Shown here: in pieces, positions 39,744 to 51,150 of the stretch
Layout of the letters: each line of letters begins with the position of its first letter
How positions within the stretch are numbered: the stretch's first letter is position 1
Assembly: GCA_950097015.1 (NCBI GenBank)
Contig: CATNEN010000001.1
Span: forward strand, 24,180,001 to 24,244,000
DNA from: Macrostomum hystrix
Lineage: Eukaryota; Animalia; Platyhelminthes
Direction: 5' to 3'
Length of the DNA stretch: 64,000 nt
Made by a program: the position numbers and the translations under genes
The notes under the pieces: generated by a model
Told to the model about the DNA's origin: nothing
The model's input: only the letters and a program-made list of their open reading frames with translations
Database searches by the model: none

Positions 39744-40552
39744 CTGAGAGCGGGTGAAGGAGAAAGGAGAGGTTAGGGTAAGAATTGCAAGCCGATATGT
39801 TGTGAAAACTAGTAAAATGTATTAAATGATAAAACAAACAAAAAATTGACAAGAGCGTAGACATAAATCGTCCTTAATCTTGTTAAACCACATGTTCGGT
39901 TTTTTGACTGAGGGCTACCGAATCTAAATTTTGAAGCTGGTTAAACAAAAGCAATGGGGACAGGCAAGAACAATAGCAGCTCCGAGTAAGTTGTTCTATT
40001 TCCGTCCAATTCCATTTTTTAGATAATTGAAAAGACAGAAATAGAGTTTCCTGATTTCTAATCGCCTAGCTAGTCAGTCTAGGATAAGCGGACTCATTGG
40101 GCTGAAACGCGGTGACAGGGGAACTACAAGGCGGGTAGCAGAATTGTATATTGTATTGTTATTGAGAAACTAATTTCTAATCTAAAAATAGCTGCTCGCA
40201 GTCTGCAGCCCGACAGCACTATTGCGCTGTTTTTGATAGTCAGCTGGAGAGAAATTATTTTAATATAGATCAAAGGCGGTTATTTTGACAAAGGCGAGGA
40301 AAGAATTTGAAGAAACAGATGGTCTAGGCGTCTAGGCGAAGACGCACCAGCTGAGCGCCTTCTAATTATGCGTCGCAGCGATTAAAGGCAAAGCAATTTT
40401 CGTGCATCTAAATCAATTTAGAATAAAAAATTGTTTAAAATATGGAGAGAAAAACCTATAAGTAAGGTAAAATACTAATATAATGAGATAATATAACGCA
40501 TTAAACAGAAACGCAGGACAGAAGCCCTTACACCTCTTAAAATAAAATGCGA

Positions 40553-41002
40553 ACAAGCGTACTAAAGTACAAGCGTACTAAAGTACAAGCGTACTAAAGT
40601 ACAAGCGTACTAAAGTACAAGCGTACTAAAGTACAAGCGTACTAAAGTACAAGCGTACTAAAGTACAAGCGTACTAAAGTACAAGCGTACTAAAGTACAA
40701 GCGTACTAAAGTACAAGCGTACTAAAGTACAAGCGTACTAAAGTACAAGCGTACTAAAGTACAAGCGTACTAAAGTACAAGCGTACTAAAGTACAAGCGT
40801 ACTAAAGTACAAGCGTACTAAAGTACAAGCGTACTAAAGTACAAGCGTACTAAAGTACAAGCGTACTAAAGTACAAGCGTACTAAAGTACAAGCGTACTA
40901 AAGTACAAGCGTACTAAAGTACAAGCGTACTAAAGTACAAGCGTTCTAAAGTACAAGTGTACTAAAGTACAAGCGTTCTAAAGTACAAGCGTTCCAAAGT
41001 AC
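40553..41002 (+). repeat. 17-bp minisatellite (AAGCGTACTAAAGTACA), intronic
   Basis: About 26 near-perfect units. Confidence 0.97.
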
Positions 41003-41142
41003 TTGCACACTAATTCACAAAAACAAATTGAGTACATGGGTACTTAAGTAGGTACTTATAGCCAATTTAAAGTACCTAGGCAATTTCTCGCGAGCTGAAC
41101 GAACGCATCCAAGTTAACATTATAATAATTGAAGACACTCAC

Positions 41143-41522
41143 CAGCGGGCGACAAACTCGCGAAAATGGTCCGTAAAGCCAGTCAGCGGCAGCTGAGGCG
41201 GGGGCTCATCCACAATGCGAGTTAGCATTTCCATCTCGGTGACACAGTCCGCGAGGGGATGCCGCCCTGTGGCCAGTTCAACCAGGCTGATGCCTAACGA
41301 CCAGACATCTGACCGGATGTCGTAGGGCGCGGCCAGAGTGATACGCTCGGGAGACAGATAGGCGGTGCAGCCGGCTGTCCGAGTCTTGGCCCGGGAGTCC
41401 TCCAGGAGGCCGGAGATGCCGAAGTCGCAGAGTTTGACGCGGCCGGATTCGCTAAGCAGCATGTTGGAGGGCTTCACATCCCGATGGATGATGTTGTGCT
41501 TGTCTTTCAAATAGTGCAACGC
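41143..41522 (-). CDS. MAP2K7: MAP kinase kinase 7, exon 4
   Basis: [17 protein letters not shown], activation loop [19 protein letters not shown] (MKK7 SKAKT type). Acceptor caacag|GCG, donor TG|gtgagt. Confidence 0.95.
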
Positions 41523-42024
41523 CTGTTGGAATAGCCAGTGAGAATGGATTAGCTTTGAGACTATGAGCACACTTCGTTGTTTGCATCTTCAAGACAGCAA
41601 GTCAATTCTGCCGCAAGTGTATTCTCAACTAGTTGTTGCTGCCCCCCAGATGGTACTAAAACCGGCTTAGACTTAAAACCCATCAATCAATTTTAATTTA
41701 TTTACACCCTTGGGATCAGGCCAGAGTGAGACTCAGTTTCTGAGCAGAGCTTTGAGAACAGGCCTAATGAATCCCTACAAATTTATCTTGTTGCTTAGGG
41801 AAATTGAAAATGACCAAGGTCAAAGCAACGCATTAAGCAGACCTTTTTAGACATTTCTCGACAGACGTTATCAAAAGAAAGCAAAGAAAATACACTTTCT
41901 TCAAATGTCAGATTTCCTACTAATATTATCTAAAAAATACTGAATTTTTAATAAAATTTTGTTTCATGGAAATATAAAGCCTTTTAAAAGACGAATACCA
42001 ACTAAACTGACAAAATAAAACTAT

Positions 42025-42364
42025 GGGGTTTAAAACCGACCCGAATTACCACAGACCAAAACTGGGATGAGATTTAGGGATTAACACCGACCTAAACTGT
42101 AGACAATTTAGAGGATTAACATGAACCTAAATTTTAGGCAATTTTGAGGATTAACACCAACCTAAATTTTACGCAATTTTGAGGATTAACACCAACCTAA
42201 ATTGTAGGTAATTTAGGGGATTAACACCAACCCAAATTGTAGGTAAATTAGGGGATTAACACCGACCTAAATTGTACACTATTTAGAGGATTAACACCGA
42301 CTAAAATTGTAGGTGATTTAGGCTTGGGGGATTAACACCTAAAATGATGAGTCAGGGGATTAAC
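42025..42364 (+). repeat. ~36-bp minisatellite (GAGGATTAACACCAACCTAAATTGTAGGCAATTTTA), intronic
   Basis: About 9 diverged units. Confidence 0.88.
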
Positions 42365-42402
42365 GAATGAATCTAGAAGCGCAGCAATCGGCAGTTTCTC
42401 AC

Positions 42403-42829
42403 CTTCAGAATGGGGACCACAATTTTGCCCAGAATCCGTTCAGGCAGAGCTCCGGCGTGTCGCATGAGCCTGTCCAGGCAGGTGGCCATCAGCTCCATGC
42501 ACACCCACACCTCCGAGGGGAAGATAAAGACGCCGAAGCAGCGGACAATGTGCCTACAGTCGTGACACTTGGTCACCACCTCCAGGTCCATGATGACCCG
42601 CTTGTTCTCCTCGGCGTTGTTGCCAGTTCGCCTCATCACCTTGACGGCCATCTGCCGGCCGCACTGGCGAAGCCTGGCCCTGGAGACCACACCGCAGATG
42701 CCCTGGCCGAGCTCGTATTCAAACAGAATGTCATCGCGCTGACAGCCGATAGTAGGGCCGCCAGGATCCAGAGTGAGCTGGCCGCTCTTCTTCAGCATCT
42801 CTTCGTAGCGGCGATGCACCTGATCCTCG
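42403..42829 (-). CDS. MAP2K7: MAP kinase kinase 7, exon 3
   Basis: LGQGICGVV, AVKVMRRTGNNAEENKRVIMDLEVVTKCHDC (MKK7 signature). Acceptor ccttcag|C, donor AAG|gtgaga. Confidence 0.95.
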
Positions 42830-42879
42830 CTGAAGGAGATGCGAGACAATGATCAATTAGCTAATTGTGCCAGATGTGC

Positions 42880-43053
42880 AGCGTCTGAAGGGGGCCACAC
42901 CGCACCTCAATTATCGCTGCTGATGTTGGTACCGATTTAACAACTGGGTGAACTGAAGCAATACAGGGTCAAGTGACTTGCAAAAGACACAAATTGTTCC
43001 AGTTGAGGACGGGAATCGAACTCCCGATCTTCAAGTCGTGAGTCCGACCCTCC
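42880..43053 (-). mobile_element. tRNA-derived CORE-like SINE
   Basis: Minus strand reads GTCGGACTCACGACTTGAAGATCGGGAGTTCGATTCCC (B-box), then TGTGTCTTTTGCAAGTCACTTGACCCTGTATTGCTTCAGTTCACCCAGTTGTTAAATCGGTACC, resembling the CORE domain. Confidence 0.75.
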
Positions 43054-43920
43054 AAAAGATAAAAAAACTACCTCTTGGAGGTTCAGATAGGAGAAGTATT
43101 TGAAATTAATGTCTTAATTCCCATTCTTAACAGTTTATTTTAATCGACAAAAATAAATTTAATAATTTAGCTAGCCAGACAGATAAGCCTAATGAAACTC
43201 GCTAACCTAAGCCTGCAAGTCTGTCTGTAAAATAAGCCTTAGCAACAAGAATAGATTTCAATAGTTGCATTGTTAGCAACTGGCTGATTGCAAGCGAGAA
43301 AATGAAATGAAATCTAAAAATAACAACCACTCAGCTAATATAATATATCTGCCCGCTCTGAACATCAGCCGATAAAAGTACACGGCAGGCAGGAGGCAAC
43401 ACGAGACAGTTCACTGGCTGACAGAAAAAAACGAAAGATAGAGAGGCTGGATGAGTAGAAACTCAACGATGAGCTGCCACCAACCCCAAACTTTGCCGTT
43501 CTCATAATTGGAGACTGCTAGCCGGTGCGGCCGGCTCTAATCCCCCGCCTGCCTAATGATAATGATAAGCCGGTAAGCTCCGGCCCGTGTCTAATCACTA
43601 ACCCGCGCCTCAAGCTCGCAGGCCCCGAGGCAACGAGCGCGCGAGGCAGGCGAGAGAGAGAGAGCCTGAATATAGGGAACGGAGAGTGCGTCATTAACAA
43701 GTAGGGAGGGTCGGCGAACTGCTTTATACGTCGGCGGCAAATAAACCATTATTTTCAAAGTAGTAGCCTTCCATTTTTAAACTCACATTAGATCGAGAAC
43801 TGAGAAATGGTTCGAAATATAGCAAGTCGCTGTGCTGTGGAAGACTGATTTCTTTAAAGAATTCTAATGAATGAACAGAATATAGTCTCCTAGATGAGAT
43901 TCGAACTCATGATGTTGATC

Positions 43921-44125
43921 GGACTTAAGGGTCGGGGTTCGATTCCACAGGTGCAATTCAAGTCAAATTAGCAAGACAATTAACTCTGTATTGCTTCAGT
44001 TCCCCCAGCTGTTAAATGGGTACCAGCATTAGCTGGGCTAATTGAGAATAAGTGTGTGGGGTCCTACCAGTCTATGGACTGAACAGCCGTACACAGCCTT
44101 CAGATACGCCACGCGATAGCTGCGG
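43921..44125 (+). mobile_element. tRNA-derived CORE-like SINE (5'-truncated)
   Basis: GGGTCGGGGTTCGATTCC...GCAAGACAATTAACTCTGTATTGCTTCAGTTCCCCCAGCTGTTAAATGGGTACC, homologous to the copy at 42880-43053. Confidence 0.72.
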
Positions 44126-44170
44126 CTTGAACATATGATTAAATTCTCCCAGATGCCCGAAGTGACTCAC

Positions 44171-44312
44171 GGACTAAACTGCACAGAGTGAGCAGACGAG
44201 GGTGACGGTGTGTAGAGCTGCTGCTGCTGCGGCGGCAGGTCGATAGACACGGGCACTGGCAGCATTCGTCTGCGACCAAGAGGTGGCTCAGAACCAGTGC
44301 GCAGAGGCAGAG
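44171..44312 (-). CDS. MAP2K7: MAP kinase kinase 7, exon 2
   Basis: Acceptor ctcctag|CT, donor CC|gtgagt. Reads LPLRTGSEPPLGRRRMLPVPVSIDLPPQQQQ; phases fit both neighbours. Confidence 0.8.
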
Positions 44313-45828
44313 CTAGGAGAGTTTTGTAAAGTTAAAAGGTTTATGTTAAACTCAGTATATTTAACATTTGTCCACTTTCTAATTAAATGTTTTGATATCC
44401 TTATGCACTACTAAAAATTGAAAGTTGAAAGCATGCTTAATGCACAAATAATCAAGAATAGTCAAGTAATATTATTCAAGTATTTTTATTTGCTAATTTA
44501 AACAGAATTTTAAAAAGATTAAACAGCTAACTAATTTACAGTAAGCTGTAGCTAATAACAAAAAATTCAAATTTCTATGACATAGAATTTAGGGGATATT
44601 CTATTGTGGACATATAATCTAATGTGTGTTGTATGGGCTCATTAGATCTCAATGACTCTGTTGCAGTTGGTGTGTGCTCAATTTGTCTGTTACCTTTTTA
44701 TAATATTATATTACCTAATGAAAATTGTTGTTTTATTTGCTAGCACACAAAATGGATTTAGTATATAAAAAAAGTTTTTCATTATTAATGGCATGTTTAT
44801 GCTAAACTTAAGCAGTTGTCATGGTTATATGCACATCAACAAATTTTGACTGACTATACTATAAATTTCACTGTTCTCAGATTAGTACAATAAAAGTCAC
44901 TTTGTCAACTACAAATTGATTGAATGGTAGATACCATAGTCTGGATCATACAGGGTGCATGGGCACTGCATGCCATATTGGAATAAGCAGACAAATGGCA
45001 TCCAACCATCTGATGCATTTTCTAACTTTTTTGGTGATGTGTTCCAGTGTTGTGTAAAAAAGTAAAGTAAAGCCATTCAGTTTTTTATTTAAAACACTGG
45101 TTTGGCGTATACTAGCAATCCATGTTGCATTGCTGTTTCAGGCCATCTTTTTACACCCGTATTGCATGTCTGCAGATGCGACATCTCCATGTAAGATTAT
45201 AATTTGGATAGCTAGAGTGCCCACTAAAAAAGTTTGTTCTGTATGCATGAAAGTTAAAAAATAAGTTAAAAGTATATTTAATAGGCAGTGATTTTCTGTT
45301 GCCAACCATCTTATTAACTTGTTTTTACTAGTCATTAGTGATACATATGCATTATAGCCACCTTGAGCACTTAGTATGCATGCCAAAGGCTAAATATGAG
45401 GCAAGTGCATGCCAAACATACAAGCTAAATTAGGTAGACATAGGCCCTAACCAATGCATGCCCAAATTTTTGGGGAAATACTACATGATCATAACTATAG
45501 GTTGGACACTTGGTCATTTGTCAATCAGTGTACCCAAAAATGGTCAGTTTGTAATACAATATGACTATGTAGAATATTATGACATGACAAGCACCAATAA
45601 AATGACATCAAACTACATAGATAGTATCTGGTATACTATCTATGTATTATTTATACTATAAATAATAGGCTGAGGGGTGTTCAGAGCTTAGTCAGCATAA
45701 TAATTGAAGGTGCATAACATGTTTAGATCTTTCCTGCAAAAGCATCATTGACTCAATTTCTAAACTAAAATGAGGTTTGTATTATCCCTTTATTCCAAAA
45801 GTCCTAGCTTGGCACAATAATTTTGTTA

Positions 45829-46613
45829 GGAAGTGCTTATTCCCATGGTCCTGTGCCGATAATTTCAATTTTATCCACACGGATCCGTGCCGATAATTTT
45901 TTGCTTATCCACATGGCAGCTTGTATGAATAGGTCTACTTTCAAGTCCCTACCTATTCTTCTCTGAGCATAAGGCTTTTGCTTCAGATTCAGAGTATAGT
46001 GTATAGTGTACACTACCAATGCATAGTGTAAAATAATAACAATGATGTGTGATAATATGTGACAAGTTTGGTGCTAACTAGAATTCTGCTGGTTGACTTG
46101 TATGATTTTCTTTGATAGACTTACTTTTTAAGTCGATACAATTCGAATGAAAACTCTTCGCAATGACAAAAGATTGATTAATTTGTTATTACAAAAATTA
46201 AAAAGGATGACATTAATGTTGGTTAATGAATGTGTAGGTTGAAATGTAGAACAGTCGTAACACACTGGCAACTTTGTCTATCTATTGGCTCGAGGGTTCA
46301 ACAAAACATTCAAACCCGAAAGGGCCTCATTTCAAAAAACAGAACTGTGTGGATAAATTTGAAATTAACGGCACGGCATATTTATATAAAGAGTTTTAGA
46401 CCCATTCATACAAGCTGCCATTGGATAAGGAGAAAATTATTGGCATGGCTCCATGTGGATAAAATTGAAATTAAAGGCACGGCATATATAAAGAGTAGTA
46501 GACCTATTCATACAACTAAAAGCTGCCGTGTGGATAAGCAGAAAATTATCGGCATGGATCCGTGTGGACAAAATTGAAATTATCGGCACAGGACCGTGGG
46601 AATAAGCTCTGCC
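45829..46613. mobile_element. Non-autonomous Mutator-type DNA transposon (MITE), 785 bp
   Basis: TIRs of ~110 bp (GGAAGTGCTTATTCCCATGGTCC... / ...GGACCGTGGGAATAAGCTCTGCC), flanked by a perfect 9-bp TSD ATTTTGTTA (45820-45828 and 46614-46622). Confidence 0.88.
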
Positions 46614-46960
46614 ATTTTGTTAGGCCTACTGAGTACAAAATGTTATCAAATTAAGTGTATTTAATGTTTGTATATAACTAGATTGCATACTGCAAATAGC
46701 AGGACAAGTCAAGACAATAAATGTCCAAAAGATAAAAAGCTGATATTTGAATGACCATGGCTCGCAAATATATAATTGCAACAAAATTATCAAGGACAAA
46801 TAAATGATTTGCCTTAAATAATTAAACATAATACTATACATCAAGAAACTAGTGTATATTAAGCGAAAATGCACCAAAAGCAAATACAAAACAAGTTATA
46901 AGAGAGCAATATTTCTATTTGGAGGAATTAGGCCTAATATTTAAAATAAGTGGCTCTTAC

Positions 46961-47264
46961 ATAATTTTGCAGTAGGTCGCCTTGGTCCGACATTCGCCAA
47001 ACGTTCATCTTTCAGCACAATCTGATTTGGAGTAGCACCAGGGGACAATGGACTATTTGTCTCTGTTTTGTGACTGTGGTCAAACCTGAAGTTGGATGAT
47101 ACAGAGACATGTCTAGTAAATGTTGGAACGCCAGGGGAACTTCGATGTACAGATGTCACTTGTGACAGTGGCGACTGTGAGAAGTTAGGACTCATTGGAG
47201 CTCTATGAAGGTTTGAAGCGCTGAAAAGTCCACCAAGAACAAAATTATATTTGGCAGGCTCCAT
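46961..47264 (-). CDS. MAP2K7: MAP kinase kinase 7, first coding exon
   Basis: ATG 47264; donor T|gtaaga. Splicing gives RRPTAKLSLPL, a JNK D-site. The joined CDS is 1728 nt (575 aa). Confidence 0.75.
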
Positions 47265-47831
47265 GACCTAGGTTAGGACAGGACAGGTTAGTTGACTTAA
47301 AATAGACTTTTGTACAGCTGCCAAAGTGATAATTGTCAATAAGGTTTTCGCAGAGGTTAGGTATGGAAATTGAGTACGATCAAATAATAATTGGCCTGAG
47401 CTTTATTAGTTTCATGCATAAAAAAACAAAGTAAAATTTGCCGAAATGTAAATATAAGCCAACTTGTAACCCGGACTTTTCTAATAAACATTTCCATATA
47501 TAGAAAATTGAATATGCTAATAAACTATTAAAACAAAAAAGGACTGTGTTAGACATAATTACTTTAAGCCACTAGCTACATTTTATAATTTTGAATACTG
47601 AGATTAAAAAATATGTGCTTCTTGCGACTAAATACACAGTTGAGTCATTAAAAATATTTTTCAACTTCTAATGTTTCCACGAATAAATAATTGAGCTCGT
47701 TAAATGTCTCAGGTATCTTGGCGCTGTCGTAATTACCCGGTGCAGAGCAGCGATTTTTCTGTTTAAAAAAGCTGACCTATAGATTTTGTTTCTTTAGATT
47801 TTTTCCACCAGGAAGATTTAGTACAGAGAAC
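47265..47831. promoter_or_regulatory. Putative bidirectional promoter region MAP2K7/COMMD2
   Basis: Divergent ATGs are 567 bp apart; the region retains CpGs between CpG-poor flanks. Confidence 0.5.
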
Positions 47832-47913
47832 ATGAAACTTTACCAGCAAATTTCTGTGAAATTAGCTGATGCAGGATTCCAAGCAGTACTAGAATCATTT
47901 GCTTCCCATGAAG
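47832..47913 (+). CDS. COMMD2: COMM domain protein 2, exon 1
   Basis: MKLYQQISVKLADAGFQAVLESFASHE G|gtattt; phase 1. Confidence 0.7.
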
Positions 47914-48545
47914 GTATTTTATTTTCCTTTTGTATAATTTCATTGCTTTTTCGGTCTGAACTAAAACGATAATTCTACGTATTGTATGTGTTGGCTTGTA
48001 ATTCAGCTATTTAGCTCATCCTTGCGCATGGCTTCACACTAGCTAAATTAAAGTACCTAAAAGTACCTCCAAATTTTGTCACTTTGCCAAAGTACCAATC
48101 AAGGCTATCTCAAACTCTGGTCACTTTTTTCAAATAGCCAATTATGCAGTATATACATACTGTATACTGTAAAAGGCTGTTTTGTTGTATACGGGAGCCA
48201 AGAAGTGTAGGCATAAAATAGTTACGTAAATTTGCTTTTGTTTAATTTGATATCATTGTGATTTGACAAAACAGCATTTGGTGAAGTTATTATGATCCCT
48301 AAAATCATTTGTCTGTTCTGAAAACATGTTTATTTAAAGTTGCTCAATAAAAATATTGTATTATAGATAATTCTTGGTTATTAACAAAGGATTTAAGTCC
48401 CATGAGTAAAATACTTTTTTAGTCTATTTGTGAAATCGACCATCATATACCAATTTTATTTTTATTTGGCTACTTTATATTTATACCTTTTGCACTTGGT
48501 ACTTGATTACTAGTAATATAATGTAATGTTGCATTGCAATTTTAG

Positions 48546-48623
48546 TAATTGAGGAACTATGCATGGTGGCGGAGTCAACATTATATTCTAAGATGAATCC
48601 AAAGATGATTTCTAGTGCTGCAA
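48546..48623 (+). CDS. COMMD2: COMM domain protein 2, exon 2
   Basis: tttag|TA ATT GAG...; VIEELCMVAESTLYSKMNPKMISSAA resembles COMMD2 NPKIYEGAA; donor A|gtgagt. Confidence 0.8.
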
Positions 48624-49067
48624 GTGAGTAAATGTGTACTTTTGTTTTGGTTTAATTTTTAACTTAAAATATTAGAAAATTGGAATGTCTCATTTAGAAA
48701 ACTATGATGAAACCTAAAACAGGTTTTTTATAATGTGATATAATTAAGTGGAAATAACATTAAGGACATTTATAGGATGTATAATCGTACCTGTCTGTCT
48801 TCAAATGGTTAGTTTAAAATTGGAGTGAATTTTAAACAAAGTGCTGGTGTTTAAGCTAGTGTTTTGTACTAAAGTCTATAGCTAGTATCTACTATACTAA
48901 AAATTTAGTACTAAAGTGGGTTACCTACCAAGTCCATTTAAAAAGTAAGTCATCAAGAGTAGCTAAGACGAGGATGCTGAGACAAAAATAGCTAGGACAG
49001 CTAGGGTAGCTAAGACAGAAATTCATCTATTGCAGAGTCTATTATAAAACTTTTTTCTAACATCCAG

Positions 49068-49597
49068 ACAAATGCCAGATTGAAAAGTCGGAGATGCAGC
49101 GCTTAATTGACTGCCTATCACTGGTGCTGGACACTTCAGCTAGGCTCTCCTGCGAGCCCAAGGAGGTGGAAGAATGCCTCCTGCTTTGCGGCGCACCGCC
49201 TGGCGTTGCCTCTGGACTAGCGGCACACACTGCAACTAACCAAGCTGCCCTGAGAGATCGTCTGGCTCATCTTGATGCAGCCTCTGTAGCCCTGTCGCCA
49301 TGGCAACCGTCTGTTCAACCTTCTAGCAAGCCAACAAGCGCTGCAGCAACAGCTCCACCGGCGTTTCACTCGTTGCGTTGGCGTTTCGACGTGGAAGTGG
49401 CGTCTAGATGCCTGGGCGAGCAGATTGTGCCGCTAATTAAACTGCAACTGGTCACACAGTCAGCTGACGGAGCTCTATCCAGCCACTGGCTGCAGACCGA
49501 CCCCAACAACCTGCGCCATCTGGTGGAGAGTCTCGAAGCGGCCCTGACCGCCGCTCAAACTAATCACGCCCAGAGGATTGTGCGCTACGTGAAGTGA
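49068..49597 (+). CDS. COMMD2: COMM domain protein 2, exon 3 (COMM domain)
   Basis: FHSLRWRFDVEVASRCLGEQIVP...LQTDPNNLRHLVESLEAAL...NHAQRIVRYVK matches the COMMD2 C-terminus. The joined CDS is 690 nt (229 aa). Confidence 0.92.
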
Positions 49598-50459
49598 CAA
49601 CAATGATTGTTTCTAACGGAATCTTTCACTATTTTCATTTTATCAAGCGATAGCAAAAGTAATTAGTTTTAATTCCATGTTTAATGCGCACTTTTCTATA
49701 CATAATTAATATTTTCTTGATTTTTTTTTATCCTACCATGCAAAAAATATCGAGTTGATTTAGTTACAAGCAGCCTTTTGAAAATGCGTGAATTTTCAAT
49801 CGAAATCCTTAATCCTATTCGATTTTTGAGATCCAAGAAAGAAAAGTAACGAATCACTGTAAATAAATAAAAGGAATGCAATCATTGTTTCGTTAGCCAA
49901 ATACTTGATTCCTCAAGACCATTCAACTGAAATTAAGAAAGATGAAATTCTCTTCCGATTTTTCATTTTTTCATATCAAATCCCGCTTTAACTGAAATCT
50001 AAATTTAGCTTAATTAAACTTTCATTACATTGGACTGAGCCAAGAGTTTATTTACTTAACTAGCTTAATAATAATAGGTAATAAATGACAGATAATATCG
50101 ACAGGTGGCCTCACTTGCTGACATTTTGAGATGGATCACAACCTAAAAGTCGACACGCTGACAAGCAACTCGTTAAATAGAATGACATTACCCAGCTAAG
50201 TCTTGTTGCTTTGCTTTTACTAGCTATATTGCTATACGGGTAAAAACTGGCTTAACAATAAGAATAGATAATTTTTTAATTTGGTGGGGTAGAATTGGGC
50301 AGCACGCCAAATAGAAACTGATCATACACGCTAGTTTCGACTTGCTCAGAGAATTCGAAGATCGTCAGAGGAGGCGATGGAATTTGAATCACTACAGGAA
50401 ATGCAAAAGAGAAGAGAGATGCACATGTGTGTGTTGGGCTTTGAGAAGATGCTTCTCGA

Positions 50460-51150
50460 ACTTGTGCTGGCTGGGAGTTCAAACAGCACTGACAGAAACA
50501 CCAGAGTAGGAGACACGGGTTTTCGCAGACTTGTGCTGGCTGGGAGTTCAAACAGCACTGACAGAAACACCAGAGTAGGAGACACGGGTTTTCGCAAACT
50601 TGTGCTGGCTGGGAGTTCAAACAGCACTGACAGAAACACCAGAGTAGGAGACACGGGTTTTCGCAGACTTGTGCTGGCTGGGAGTTCAAACAGCACTGAC
50701 AGAAACACCAGAGTAGGAGACACGGGTTTTCGCAGACTTGTGCTGGCTGGGAGTTCAAACAGCACTGACAGAAACACCAGAGTAGGAGACACGGGTTTTC
50801 GCAGACTTGTGCTGGCTGGGAGTTCAAACAGCACTGACAGAAACACCAGAGTAGGAGACACGGGTTTTCGCAGACTTGTGCTGGCTGGGAGTTCAAACAG
50901 CACTGACAGAAACACCAGAGTAGGAGACACGGGTTTTCGCAGACTTGTGCTGGCTGGGAGTTCAAACAGCACTGACAGAAACACCAGAGTAGGAGACACG
51001 GGTTTTCGCAGACTTGTGCTGGCTGGGAGTTCAAACAGCACTGACAGAAACACCAGAGTAGGAGACACGGGTTTTCGCAGACTTGTGCTGGCTGGGAGTT
51101 CAAACAGCACTGACAGAAACACCAGAGTAGGAAACACGGGTTTTCGCAGA
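50460..51150 (+). repeat. 69-bp tandem repeat, 10 near-identical copies
   Basis: ACTTGTGCTGGCTGGGAGTTCAAACAGCACTGACAGAAACACCAGAGTAGGAGACACGGGTTTTCGCAG x10; two substitutions seen. Confidence 0.97.

Noticed and set aside
44949-45195. Tc1/mariner MITE starting TA-CAGGGTG
   Set aside because: Only weak inverted similarity at the candidate right ends; TIRs could not be defined.
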